NCBI GenBank assembly: GCA_963786955.1
Contig: CAWBAT010000006.1
Coordinates: 416,001 to 480,000 of the forward strand
Length of the DNA: 64,000 bases
Direction of reading: 5' to 3'
Source: an uncultured Acidimicrobiia bacterium
GTDB taxonomy: Bacteria > Acidobacteriota > Terriglobia > Versatilivoradales > Versatilivoraceae
The stretch's first letter is position 1, and each line of letters begins with the position of its first letter. The position numbers and the translations under genes were made by a program. Below, piece after piece: positions 41,270 through 52,486 of the stretch. The notes under the pieces are model-generated. The model made no database searches. It saw only the letters and a list, made by a program, of their open reading frames with translations, and had not been told where the DNA came from.

Positions 41270-44200
41270 ATGTCTAATACCAAATTCGTCCATCTCCATC
41301 TCCACACCGATTTCAGCTTGCTCGATGGAGCTTGCGAAATCGAGACGGTGATGAACCGGATGTCCGATCTTAAGATGCCGGCTGCCGCGATTACGGACCA
41401 CGGCAACCTCTTTGGTGCTGTTAGCTTTTATGAGGCGGCCCGAAACCGAGGCATCAAACCCATCATCGGCTGCGAAGTCTATGTCGCTAGGAAAAGCCAT
41501 ACCGACCGAACAGCCTCTGACGGAGAAAAGACCAATCACCACCTCGTTTTGCTTTGCGAGAATAATCAAGGTTACAAGAACCTCGTCAAGCTTGTTTCCC
41601 ATGGTTTCTTGCAAGGCTTCTACTATAAGCCGCGCATCGATAAAGAACTTCTGGCCAAACACAGTGAGGGACTCATTTGTTTATCCGCTTGCTTGAGCGG
41701 TGAAGTGTCTTCCAATCTGGTCCACGGGCAATATGAAGCGGCCAAAAAATCCGCCGGTGAGTACATCGACATATTCGGACGCAATCACTTCTATCTTGAA
41801 ATACAGGACCAAGGGTTAGAAGCCGAGCACCGGATCAATCCCGAGCTGGTCAGACTTTCACGGGAACTCGAGGTCCCCCTGGTTGCCACCAACGATTGTC
41901 ACTATGTCACTAAAGAGGATTCCCGAGCGCATGAAGTGCTGCTTTGTATTCAAACCGGCAAGACCATGAGTGACAACAACCGGATGCGCTTCTCTACGGA
42001 CCAGTTCTATGTAAAATCTCAAGACGAAATGATTGCGCTCTTTGGGGAGATTCCTGACGTTTTGACTCGAACCCTTGAAATTGCGGAGCGCTGCGATTTT
42101 AGCTTGGAGAAGGCCGCTCAACCTTTCCCTCATTTCGACGTGCCACCCGACCGAACCCTCGACGAATTTTTTGAAGAGATTGTCTGGAAAGGATATGAAG
42201 AGCGCCTACCCCACCTCGTGCAAGCACAGCAGAAGGGGCAATTGCGTCATCCTCTGACCGTTTATCAAGAGCGCCTCACCCAGGAAATCCAGATCATCAA
42301 GCAAATGCGGTTCCCCGGTTATTTTCTAATCGTCTGGGATTTCATCCGTTTTGCCAGGCAAAACAAGATACCGGTGGGGCCCGGAAGAGGCTCTGCTGCC
42401 GGAAGTCTGGCTTCCTATTGCCTTCGGATCACGGATATTGATCCTATTCAATACGGGCTCCTCTTTGAACGATTCCTGAATCCGGAACGCATCTCCATGC
42501 CCGACATCGATATCGATTTTTGTACGAATCGCCGGGGTGAAGTCATTAATTACGTCACGCACAAGTACGGGCGCGAAAATGTCTCTCAGATCATCACGTT
42601 TGGGACGATGGCGGCCAAGGCAGCCATCAAAGATGCGGGACGAGCACTAGACATGCCCTATGCCGAGGTTGACAAGATTGCCAAGCTGGTGCCCGCCGAA
42701 CTGAACATTACCTTGGCTAAGGCGCTCGCTCAGTCTGAAGGGTTGAGAGAACTCTCGGCCAAGGACGAACGGGTCAAGGATCTGCTCGACATCGCCAAGC
42801 GTCTCGAAGGCATGGCACGCCATGCCTCTACTCATGCGGCAGGTGTAGTCATTTCTCCGGTGCCATTGACCGACATTGTGCCACTGCACAAGACGAACAA
42901 AGATGAAATTACGACCCAGTATTCGATGAATGATCTGGAAAAGATTGGCCTGCTGAAAATGGATTTTTTGGCTCTCACCACCTTGACCGTTTTAGATGAG
43001 GCCATCAAATTAATTGCGGAAACAACTGGTACAACCGTCGAACTGGACCAGATTCCCATGGACGATGCAAAGACCTACGAGATCTTTTCCAAGGGCCTCG
43101 CAAACGGCATTTTCCAGTTTGAAAGCAGTGGAATGAAAGATATCCTGCGCCGCTTCAAACCGGAAAAACTGGAAGACCTCACTGCCTTAAATGCCTTGTA
43201 CCGGCCCGGTCCGATTGGCGGAGGAATGATTGACGATTTCATCAAGCGGAAGCACGGTGAAAGGCGAGTTTCCTATCATTTGCCGGAATTGAAAGAGATT
43301 TTGGAAGAGACTCTCGGAGTCATTGTCTACCAGGAGCAGGTCCAGCAGATTGCGAACAAATTGGCCGGGTACTCGCTAGGGGAAGGAGATATCCTGCGCC
43401 GTGCCATGGGGAAGAAGAAACCGGAAGAGATGGCAGCCCAACGTGAGAAATTTGTGGCTGGGGCGAGAGCTCGCGGCCTTGACCAAAAAAAGGTCACCAA
43501 GATCTTTGATCTCATGGAACAATTCGCAGGCTATGGGTTCAACAAATCCCATTCGGCCGCTTATGCACTCCTGGCCTATCAGACCGCCTTCCTCAAAGCC
43601 CACTACCCGGTTTGCTTCATGTCCGCTCTGCTGACCAGTGAAATTAGCAATACCGATAAGATCGTCAAATACATCAATGAATGTCGCGACCTGAGCATTA
43701 AGATTTTGCCTCCTGACATTAACATCAGCCACCTCCACTTCACTCCAGCAGAGCATGAAATCCGCTTTGGACTTGCCGCAATCAAAAATGTCGGGGCAAA
43801 TGCCATTAATTCCATCATCGAGGCCCGAGGAAGGAATGGACGATTCACTTCGCTTTTCGACTTCTGTGAGCATGTTGACTTGCGCGTGGTCAACAAGCGT
43901 GTCATTGAAAGCCTGATCAAGGCAGGAGCTCTTGACTCAACCGGTCAGAAGAGATCCCAGTTGTTTGCGGTAGTGGATAGAGCCATTGAGACAGCCCAAA
44001 AAGTCCAGCGGGATCGTGAGTCGGGTCAGAAAGGATTGTTTGGCCTCGGAGTCAGTGTGGCTCAGGATTCCCATCCTCAGCATTCAGCTTCTTCCCTGCC
44101 AAACTTGCCGGAATGGGAGGAGTCCCTGCTTCTTTCCTATGAGAAGGAAACTCTTGGGTTCTATATTACCAGCCATCCTCTTTCCAAATATGTCAGTCAA

Positions 44201-44753
44201 CTGAAGGAGTTTGCTGCTGCAACGACTGAAACCTTGAGTGAATTGGAGGCCGGAAAAGAAGTATTCATTGGTGGAATCTTAACGAGTCTGAGACTTCTCA
44301 AGACCAAGAAAGGCGATCGCATGGCCGTTTTCCATATTGAGGATCTGACCGGATCCGTTGAAGCCGTTCTTATTCCCGGAGCCTTTCCAGCGCTTTGAAA
44401 AGTGGCTCAAGATCGACGCTCCCTTGCTGATTAAAGGAATTCTGGACGTGGAAGACTCCGGCGCGCGAAAACTCAAGACTATTGAGGTTCAGCCCCTGGA
44501 AGGCTTCCGCGAACGCGCCGCGACTTCGGTGACCATCCGAGTCAACCTAGCCGGGATGGGTCAAAGTGGAGCGGCAAAGATCCAATCGATACTTAGTGGT
44601 TACCCCGGTGAAACGCGGGTCATCTTTGAACTTGAACACCCAAAGGCCTATCTGATAACCTTACGCCCGAATCAGTTTGTGAGGGTGAAGCTGGATCCAC
44701 AATTTGTACAAGCAGTCGAAAACATTTGCGGGGCAGGCGCCGTGAGATTCTAA
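41270..44753 (+). CDS. dnaE: DNA polymerase III alpha subunit, one indel near 44372
   Basis: FVHLHLHTDFSLLDG, GRGSAAGS, ERISMPDIDIDF, STHAAG, GYGFNKSH; C-terminus is in ORF 44358-44753. Confidence 0.97.
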
Positions 44754-45739
44754 TGGCTGATGAAACCATTCCCGAACGAGAAGAAGTCGATCAGCTCGAG
44801 AAGCAAATTGAAGAATTGTCTAAGCTGATTCTGGACGACAGTACCGCGCGCGAACTGGAACGGCTCAAGAGACGGCTCGAGAAGCTCGGAAAAGAGATCT
44901 TTGCCAAACTGACGCCCTGGCAAAAAGTCAAACTTGCCAAGCATCCTCAACGCCCTTATGTCCTCGATTATGTCGAACTGATCTTTGAAGACTTCATGGA
45001 GTTGCATGGTGACCGGCGCTTTGAGGATGATCCGGCCATGATTGGAGGAATGGCCTCATTTCACGGTGAGCCATGTATGGTCATCGGGACACAGAAAGGA
45101 CGAGATACCAAACAAAAACTGTTTCGTAATTTCGGCATGCCCAAGCCTGAAGGGTATCGCAAAGCCATGCGCCTAATGAAGTTAGCAGAGAAATTTTCCA
45201 GGCCTGTTTTTACTTTCATCGACGTGGTCGGCGCTTTCCCGGGAATTGAGGCTGAAGAACGGGGACAAGCCGAAGCGATCGCTTATAATCTGAGGGAAAT
45301 GGCTCGACTGGAAGTTCCTGTGATCGTGACCATCACGGGGGAAGGCGGCAGTGGAGGGGCCTTGGGAATTGGCGTGGGGGATCGGGTTCTGATGCAGGAA
45401 TTTGCCTATTATTCCGTGATTTCTCCGGAGGGGTGTGCAGCGATTCTCTGGAAAGACCAGGATAAAGTGGAAGAAGCAGCAAACGCCCTCAGAATTACGT
45501 CAGCCGATCTGAAGTCGATGGGGATTATCGATGAGATCATCACTGAACCAGACGGCGGAGCCCACAACGATTTTCCCCTTGCAGCCTCCTATCTCGATGA
45601 GAAGTTAAAGCTAACCCTTGCAGAGCTTAAGTCCATCCCTCTTCCCAGGTTGCTTGAACAACGCTATCAGCGATTCCGAGCCCTCGGATCGTTCCTGGAA
45701 ACAGGGAAAGGGACCGGAACCGGAACAGCCTCGAGTTAG
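44753..45739 (+). CDS. accA: Acetyl-CoA carboxylase carboxyltransferase alpha
   Basis: LHGDRRFEDD, NFGMPKPEGYRKA, AEERGQAEAIA, GEGGSGGAL, YSVISPEG; ATG overlaps the dnaE TAA. Confidence 0.97.
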   Translation: MADETIPEREEVDQLEKQIEELSKLILDDSTARELERLKRRLEKLGKEIFAKLTPWQKVKLAKHPQRPYVLDYVELIFEDFMELHGDRRFEDDPAMIGGMASFHGEPCMVIGTQKGRDTKQKLFRNFGMPKPEGYRKAMRLMKLAEKFSRPVFTFIDVVGAFPGIEAEERGQAEAIAYNLREMARLEVPVIVTITGEGGSGGALGIGVGDRVLMQEFAYYSVISPEGCAAILWKDQDKVEEAANALRITSADLKSMGIIDEIITEPDGGAHNDFPLAASYLDEKLKLTLAELKSIPLPRLLEQRYQRFRALGSFLETGKGTGTGTASS

Positions 45740-45838
45740 GGCTCAGCAATAGCGAAAAATTAGACCGAAAATTTTCGATAAACCCGTTTTTGCTGACTAT
45801 TTGAACGACCAGAGCAAAAGTTCTCTTCCATTACTAAT

Positions 45839-46072
45839 ATGAAACCTGCCGTCAAGAAACTTAAGACTTGTCAATTTTCCAAGCCGATCGTCGCCGATTT
45901 CTTCGGCAAAGAGAACGCACATACACACCGATTAACCTGCGATCATCCTGAAAAGAAAATCGATTGGGAACTCGATGTGTGCAATTCCTGCGACGTATAC
46001 GTCAACCGGAACAAACCTTCAGAACCAGAATCTCCCAAAAAGAAAACTCGCGCCCGAAAACCAGCAAAGTAG
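45839..46072 (+). CDS. Small basic Cys-containing hypothetical protein
   Basis: 77 aa ORF with C, CxH and CxxC and a Lys-rich tail; no family recognised. Confidence 0.5.
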   Translation: MKPAVKKLKTCQFSKPIVADFFGKENAHTHRLTCDHPEKKIDWELDVCNSCDVYVNRNKPSEPESPKKKTRARKPAK

Positions 46073-46246
46073 CAACAGGCATCCTTGCCTGTTGTCCTCC
46101 CAATAAAAAAGCCGACAACCAGGATGGCTGTCCTACTCCCGGAAAGCTGGTAGCCACAAGCATCCACCCCTGTCGTAGTCGAGTGTGAGGCTTTGTTGTA
46201 GCCGGGGCCGCTGGCCCCGGACAACAGGCCCGGAGGCCGTTGCTAC
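46069..46246. repeat. Cluster of GTAG-type REP-like palindromes
   Basis: GTAG-CAACAGGC-ATCCTT-GCCTGTTG, GACAACCAGGATGGCTGTC-CTAC, GTAG-CCGGGGCC-GCT-GGCCCCGG, CAACAGGCCCGGAGGCCGTTG-CTAC. Confidence 0.75.
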
Positions 46247-46270
46247 CAGGAACCAGCCATTCCGAATCCA

Positions 46271-46975
46271 TCAAAAGCTCATGAATTCTTTGCTGATGGA
46301 AAACTTTTTGGAAATATCCGAGGGGCAGTGGAGCACATGCTCCAAGAAATCGCGCGGTTTCAGTAGCCCCCCGGTCTCAGGTTTAACAGAAACCGTAAAA
46401 ACAAATTTCGGCCGCTCATCGTTTTCAACACAGAGATTAATAATTTGTTCATGATCTTTAGAGCTGCACCAGAAGTCGTTCCCTTTGCTGTGGTCGCTCA
46501 GATGGTTTATCAGATCGTTTAGACGGCTCAGCAAAAGTGACAACGCAGGGCCATCCCCATTCAAGGGACCGGCTGGGTAAATCGCCCGATAGGTTACTTG
46601 TAAAGGCTGGGTAATCGCTCCCCTTCCTTTCTCCACGAGCTCAATACTCTGTACGCACAATCCGTCGATTAAACATTCGTTGATACCCTTGACGGCGCAT
46701 TCAGGCAACTCACCAAAGTGTTCAAACTGCACATACTCCGACCGGCTGCTCATGCCTAGAGGGATGGCTGGGGAGGTTTGAAATTTCGGACGTGGAGTAA
46801 ATCCCTCGGTAAACCGGAGCTTAAACCCGGATCGCAGCATGGCCTTCTCGATCAAGCACATAACATTCAAGTGCGAGAGGAACCGCGCGGGCCCTTCTTT
46901 CCAATAGTGGAGAATGTAAACTTTGGCCGGCAACGCACTCCCCATTTTTCGTTCTGTAGAATCCTCAATACTCAC
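46271..46975 (-). CDS. Radical SAM-linked protein (DUF2344 / TIGR03936-like)
   Basis: KEGPARFLSHL..., FTEGFTPRPK, AIPLGMSSRSEY; coupled to the radical SAM gene. Confidence 0.88.
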   Translation of the reverse strand: MSIEDSTERKMGSALPAKVYILHYWKEGPARFLSHLNVMCLIEKAMLRSGFKLRFTEGFTPRPKFQTSPAIPLGMSSRSEYVQFEHFGELPECAVKGINECLIDGLCVQSIELVEKGRGAITQPLQVTYRAIYPAGPLNGDGPALSLLLSRLNDLINHLSDHSKGNDFWCSSKDHEQIINLCVENDERPKFVFTVSVKPETGGLLKPRDFLEHVLHCPSDISKKFSISKEFMSF

Positions 46976-48973
46976 TACGGCGGATTGTCAACCCGCAATT
47001 CCACTTCCCCCACTTTGTCCTCGCTAATCGAAAGTGATTCGCCGGGCTCCGGAAAGGATTCCTGCCTATTCTGCGCTGTCGTGGGACTTATGACAGGCAG
47101 TCCAATATGAACTAAGTTCTCTTCCACAATCTGATTCGGGATTTCTGCCAGTTTGATATCTGCATAGTTGCCAGGAATGCCACAACCGCGACAATCGCCC
47201 CACTTACAGTCGCAGGTTTGAACCTCGTTATAAGAGCGTTCGCGTTCTTTCAGTAGAAATTTTTTCGAAACTCCAATATCAACGAAATCCCAAGGGAGTA
47301 CTTCATCAAGACCAATGTCCCGATTGTAGTAATAAGGATCCACACCGGATTCTTCGAAAGCCTTCATCCAAAGATCAAACCGGAACATCTCATTCCAGCC
47401 GTCAAAACGGCATCCCAGTTCGTAAGCCTTGAGGATGGCGCGCCCCACCTGACGGTCTCCGCGGGACAGCACTCCTTCTACAAAGCCTTCCTTGGGCTCA
47501 TGCCATTTAAGCCGGGCAAAAGGGAATCGAACGGCCGATTTCAAGATAATTCAATCGATCCGTCGTCACCTTGAGATCTTCAAAGCGATCCCACTGAAAT
47601 GGGGTAAATGACTTGGGGACAAAGGTCCCGATGCTGGCATTGACGTTTTTCTGTCCCTTGAATCGATACCCGATCTTGCCAACCTCACGAATCAAATCCA
47701 CTAATTCACGGATGTCGGCATCGGTTTCTGTTGGCAACCCGATCATGAAATAAAGTTTGATGAGATTCCATCCTTGACGATAAGCGGTTTCAACAGCCTG
47801 GAAAAGTTCTTCATTGCTGATATTTTTATTGATGAATTTCCGCATGCGGACGCTGCCTGCCTCCGGAGCAAAAGTAAAGCCATTCTTCTTCACTTCGCCA
47901 ACATTTTCCGCTAATGAAACCGAAAACATATCGGCCCGCAAGCGATGGCAGTGAGATGGAGACTTTATCTTTGGAGAACTTCCTTGCCATCTCCTTCGTG
48001 AGACACCCAATCTGGCTGTAATCGGACGTGGAGAGGGAAAGCAAGCCAATCTCGCGATTTCCCGTATTTTTCAGGGTCTCCGAGGTCAGATCGCACCACG
48101 TCGTCCACATTCAGTTCTCTGGTTGGGCGATACCAATACCCTGCCTGACAAAACCGGCAGCCCTGCGTGCAACCACGCATGACTTCGACACTGACGCGAT
48201 CTTGAATGATGTCAATGACCGGTACTACGGGCTTGGTCGGATAAAATTCCGGAGAGAGTGCCTCAACCCAACGCCGTTTGACAAGAGTCGACGGCTTGCC
48301 AGATCGGGTTCCGCCGTACCACGGACCAGGGGGGTGATGAATCTGGGGGACATAGATGCCAGGAATCTCGATAACGCCTTTAGGATCTGCCACCGTCTTC
48401 GCCCGTTCTCTTTGGCGTCTCGAAAACAATCGATAATCTCGCAACGATTTCTTCACCATCTCCGATCACAAAAAAGTCGATAAAATCAGCCAGCGGCTCC
48501 GGATTTGCGGTGCACGGACCTCCGGCGCACACCAGTGGCTGGGCCTCACCTCGTTGTTCCGCCAACAGAGGAATTCCGGCCAGATCTAGCATATAGGGAA
48601 CATTGATATACGTCTGCTCGGCTTGAAGGGAAAATCCGACAATATCAAATTCCCGAATAGGGGTTTTGGTTTCAAGACTGAGAAGGGGAATTCCTGCGAA
48701 CTGGAATTGCTCCGCCATGTCCACCCATGGGGCAAACACGCGTTCGGCATAGACATCTTCGATCTTGTTCAGGATGTGGTAGAGCATCCGGATCCCATTG
48801 TGCGACATCCCGATCTCATACACTTCTGGGAAGGCCAGCGCGAAGCGAACGTTTACTTGCCCCAAGTCTTTCAGGATCATATTCGGCTCGCCGCCAATAT
48901 AGCGCCCTGGTTTTGCTCCTTGTTCCAGCAATGAAAAATATTGATCTTTGAACTCTGCCAGTTGTGTTCGCAA
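46975..48973 (-). CDS. B12-binding radical SAM protein (TIGR03960-like), multiple indels
   Basis: KPGRYIGGE.N, FPEVYEIGMSH, GGPCTANPEP, MRGCTQGCRFCQAG, FAPEAGS, KLYFMIGLP, FVPKSFTPFQW, CRGCG. Confidence 0.92.
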
Positions 48974-49034
48974 GTGAGAGTCCTCCCCGACAGATAAGCT
49001 TCTATCCGGCAATTATACCAAGTCGCATTCAAAC

Positions 49035-49180
49035 GGTGACTGTCTGAATTCCCCTCCTCCGGAAGGGGTGTAGGGGTGGGTTCGTCAGTGACGAAAAGCG
49101 GGCACCCTGTCTGCGTTCCCAGTGGTAATCATACCCACCCCTGGCGCCTAAGGTCGCCTTCCCCTCCCATAGAGGAGACT
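49035..49180. repeat. G/C-tract palindromic repeat element; first 24 bp identical to 54303-54326
   Basis: GGTGACTGTCTGAATTCCCCTCCT, then AGGGGTGGGT ... ACCCACCCCT inverted arms. Confidence 0.55.
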
Positions 49181-49385
49181 TGTTTCGATTCACCCCCGCT
49201 GGAGAGGCTAGCTCGTTTCTATGTATCCATTTGTTTGCAACTTGGCATTATAGAGTAGTCGCCTGTGAATTCAAATCTGTTCGGGAATTACCGATGGGAG
49301 TGAACGCCTGCACAATTGCCCAAACTCTCCACATCAGGCGAGGACGCCTGTCGCTACCGAATTTGCGAGGGGTAGAAAGTCCTCC

Positions 49386-49880
49386 TTATCCACCGCAGCG
49401 CAATGTGTTTCCTGAAATGACTTCCAAGGCATGCCCCAAGATTGCAGCAATGGCACCCAGGGACTCTCGAACACCCTTGACGCTTCCGGGCAAGTTGATA
49501 ATGAGAGTTTTATTGCGGATGCCCACTAAACCGCGGGAGAGGGAAGCCCGAGGATTTGCTTTCATCCCTTCGAACCGCATCAGTTCGGCCATTCCCGGGA
49601 CAGGCTTTTCAATTACCGCAGCTGTGGCTTCAGGGGTTACATCTCGCGGCGCTAAACCGGTACCACCCGTTGTGACAATGAGATCGATGTCCGAAGAGTT
49701 GATACTTTCAAGTAGCCGCGATTGAATCGCATCAATTTCGTCCGCGACGATCAAGACAGCAAGGACTTCACAACCGATTATTTCCAGCCCTTCCTTCGCT
49801 GCCGGGCCCGATAAATCCTGGCGCTCGCCGCGAGAAGCGGAGTCACTGATGGTAATCACTATAGCGTGAGGTTTTCGCAA
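49386..49880 (-). CDS. mog: Molybdopterin adenylyltransferase Mog/MoaB
   Basis: ITISDS, DLSGP, TTGGTGLAPRDVTPEAT, INLPGS. Confidence 0.92.
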   Translation of the reverse strand: MRKPHAIVITISDSASRGERQDLSGPAAKEGLEIIGCEVLAVLIVADEIDAIQSRLLESINSSDIDLIVTTGGTGLAPRDVTPEATAAVIEKPVPGMAELMRFEGMKANPRASLSRGLVGIRNKTLIINLPGSVKGVRESLGAIAAILGHALEVISGNTLRCGG

Positions 49881-49892
49881 GTTACTTAAGGG

Positions 49893-49944
49893 TTTCAGAG
49901 TTCAGAGTTCTAAGTTCAGAGTTTAGAATCGAGAGCTTCAAGTT
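49893..49944 (+). repeat. 7-bp array (TTCAGAG-like) 3' of the four-helix-bundle gene
   Basis: TTCAGAG TTCAGAG TTCTAAG TTCAGAG TTTAGAA TCGAGAG CTTCAAG. Confidence 0.8.
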
Positions 49945-50325
49945 CTATTGCAGCGGAAGTTCCTTTTTGTTTAAGTAAGCCATTAGCCGGGTGGTCATCG
50001 AAATCACTTCCTCCGCCTTGTGGTACAACATATCAAATTGACTTCGATCCATTCCCGTGGTGTCGAGGGCAACATACAGCAGAGATTGAACCTCGACTGC
50101 CGATGCCCTGGCGAAGCTGAGGAAATGAGAGAAATCCTTGCGACTTTTTCTGGCAAATCCTTCAGCAATATTACTCATAGCCGAGACGGCTGTCCTCTGG
50201 ATCTGGTCTCTCAGTCCGTAATCTTTCCCAATCCTCCCAACTGAGCTTGTTTTGTAGATTTCTTGAACAAGTTCTCTTGCCTTCTGCCATGCCTGAATAT
50301 CTTCGAAACGCCTAATCGTCGCCAT
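49945..50325 (-). CDS. Four-helix-bundle protein (23S rRNA IVS-encoded protein family), intact
   Basis: RRFEDIQAWQKAREL...DYGLRDQIQRTAVSAMSNIAEGF.R....F.HFL..ARASAVEVQSLLY. Confidence 0.92.
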   Translation of the reverse strand: MATIRRFEDIQAWQKARELVQEIYKTSSVGRIGKDYGLRDQIQRTAVSAMSNIAEGFARKSRKDFSHFLSFARASAVEVQSLLYVALDTTGMDRSQFDMLYHKAEEVISMTTRLMAYLNKKELPLQ

Positions 50326-50447
50326 TTTACAAATGTAATCCTGAAAATCTGATAACCACAGGTCACCCTGCCTTATGGCAAATAACTAATAGTTTAGATT
50401 ACGAACTCCCTATTTTAACTTTGACTCCAAAAGCTGCTAGCTCAATA

Positions 50448-50517
50448 CTTCGAACTCTTCACTCCGAACTCTGAACTCAGGACTCGAGACTCCGGACTTC
50501 GGACTCCCGACTCTAGA
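50448..50517 (-). repeat. 7-bp array (CTCTGAA-like, ~10 units) 5' of the four-helix-bundle gene
   Basis: CTTCGAA CTCTTCA CTCCGAA CTCTGAA CTCAGGA CTCGAGA CTCCGGA CTTCGGA CTCCCGA CTCTAGA; complementary to the 49893 array. Confidence 0.82.
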
Positions 50518-51007
50518 ACTTTTCAAGATCTGCCAAGGCGGCGACGCCATGCTTCTTCAAGTAACTGATGATCCCTCCCTCCTCATAAAGCCGCAACATC
50601 ATGCTTGGAATCTGGACTCGGATTTCCTGCTTTTTGGTCTTGTTATTCAAAACTTGTAATTTAACATCCAACTCTAGTTCATCTGTGTCTTCAATAGAGT
50701 CGGTATCGGCAATGACGCAAAGCAAACCAAGATTGATCGCGTTCCGGAAGAAAATGCGGGCGTAGGACTTGGCCACGACAGCACGAATCTCAGAGGCCTT
50801 GAGCGCTACCGGGGCGGTTTCCCGGGAACTCCCGCAACCAAAATTCTCGCCCGCGAGAACAAAATCGCCTGCACAAACCTTCTGCCTGAATTCGGGGCGG
50901 TATTCAACAAAGCAGGCCTTGGCCAATTCTTTGGGATCCGTCGTGATGTTGTAACGTCCAGGGGTGATGAGGTCGGTGTTGATGTTATCCCCAAATTTCC
51001 AGTTCAT
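50513..51007 (-). CDS. leuD: 3-isopropylmalate dehydratase/homoaconitase small subunit
   Basis: FGDNINTDLITPG, GENFGCGSSRE, SYARIFFRNAIN.GL. Confidence 0.88.
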   Translation of the reverse strand: MNWKFGDNINTDLITPGRYNITTDPKELAKACFVEYRPEFRQKVCAGDFVLAGENFGCGSSRETAPVALKASEIRAVVAKSYARIFFRNAINLGLLCVIADTDSIEDTDELELDVKLQVLNNKTKKQEIRVQIPSMMLRLYEEGGIISYLKKHGVAALADLEKF

Positions 51008-51019
51008 TGTTTTCCTTTC

Positions 51020-52272
51020 TTAGTGTATGAACGCTCTCGGATCCGTAATAAAACCGGTGAGCGCTGAGGCTGCCGCGGTAGCGGGGCTGGCTAGATAAAT
51101 CTTGGCCTTCGGGCTTCCCATCCGCCCTTCGAAGTTGCGATTGCTGGTGGACACGCACACCTCATGATCGTAGAGCACCCCCCCTGCCCTACCGAGGCAA
51201 GGTCCGCAACCAGGGCTGGAGACAATAGCCCCCATTTTCATAAACTCTTCGATGTATCCCTTCTTCAAGGCCTGCAAGTAAACCTTTCGTGAAGCTGGAG
51301 TCACGATCGTTCGCAATCCTTCTTTTAGCTTCTTTCCCTTCCACACGCCATAGACGACATCCAGATCTTCAATCCGGCAATTGGTACAGGATCCGATGAA
51401 GACCTGGTCTACCCGAATCCGCTCAGCTTGCACTTGTTCCACTGGCACATCATTGTCAATGTCCGGAGGGCAGGCAATCATGGGCTTCAATCTGAAATGT
51501 CAAAATGAAGGACTTTCTCAAATCGGGCGCCGTCGTCACTGCGAATCTCCTCAAAGTTGTAGTCGCGTTCATTTTCCACAAGATATTCTCGCGTTTTCTG
51601 ATCAGGAGGAACAATGGCCGCTTTGGCTCCCATTTCAGCGCTCATATTCGTCAGGGTGAGTCGAGCGGGGACATTGAAGTTTTCAACGGTGTCTCCCCAA
51701 TATTCAATAACCCTATAATTCGCTCCGTCTGCCCCTAATTCTTTCGCAACCCTGAGTATGACATCCTTGGAAAAACACCCATGAGGAAGCTTCCCGGTGA
51801 TATTGATTCGAATGGTCTCGGGAACACGGAACCACGCTTTGCCAGTTGCCATGGCAATGGCAGCGTCAGTAGAACCCACACCAATCGTTAAGGCACCCAC
51901 CCCTCCTCCGGTCGGGCTGTGCGAATCCGCCCCCAGGATAAGGTTGCCGGGGTTGATCAGACGCTCAGACATCACTTGGTGACAAACTCCCTCGAAGCTG
52001 ATCGGGATCCCTTGCTCTTCAGCGAATTTCCGGATTTCAGCCTGTAGCTTGGACATCGCCACACTGGGACTGGGAAACGCATGGTCGAAAGGAATAAATA
52101 TCTTCTTAGGATCAAAGACTTTGGTCGCGATCTGGTAGAACGGCTCAAGGGCCCAAGCACAGGTCGTGTCGTGTGCCATGATGAGATCCAATTCAGCTAA
52201 AACAAAATCACCCGCATGAACTTTTTTTCCACAATGACTTGAAAATATCTTCTCTGCGATAGTTTGTCCCAT
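51020..52272 (-). CDS. leuC: 3-isopropylmalate dehydratase/homoaconitase large subunit, one indel near 51490
   Basis: [59 protein letters not shown]. Confidence 0.88.
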
Positions 52273-52426
52273 AATCCTCGCCCTTGAGTTTAATACCACT
52301 CTAAAATATGCCGGCCCTCATCATAGCCGTTTCGGAGATTTCTAGCCAGTGTCCGCACTGCTCTCCGCCTGTTTCGATTATAGTGAATCATCCAGAAGCG
52401 GGCAAATCGTCAGAACCGATTTAAAG

Positions 52427-52455
52427 TTGACCGGAAGTAGCGTGAGGCTTAAGAT
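52427..52455 (+). promoter_or_regulatory. Sigma70-type promoter of purEK
   Basis: TTGACC-17 nt-TAAGAT. Confidence 0.55.
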
Positions 52456-52486
52456 ACAGCCTCATTCGGTACTAAGCGAGAATACG

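Noticed and set aside
41270-44753. Intein or naturally split DnaE; intein or intron in nrdJ
   Set aside because: Joined lengths are normal (~1160 aa and ~900 aa), with no inserted domain or intein motifs.
40662-50517. Heptamer arrays or REP clusters as CRISPR arrays, or four-helix-bundle genes as DGR Avd
   Set aside because: There is no repeat-spacer structure and no cas gene. There is also no reverse transcriptase or TR/VR pair in the window.
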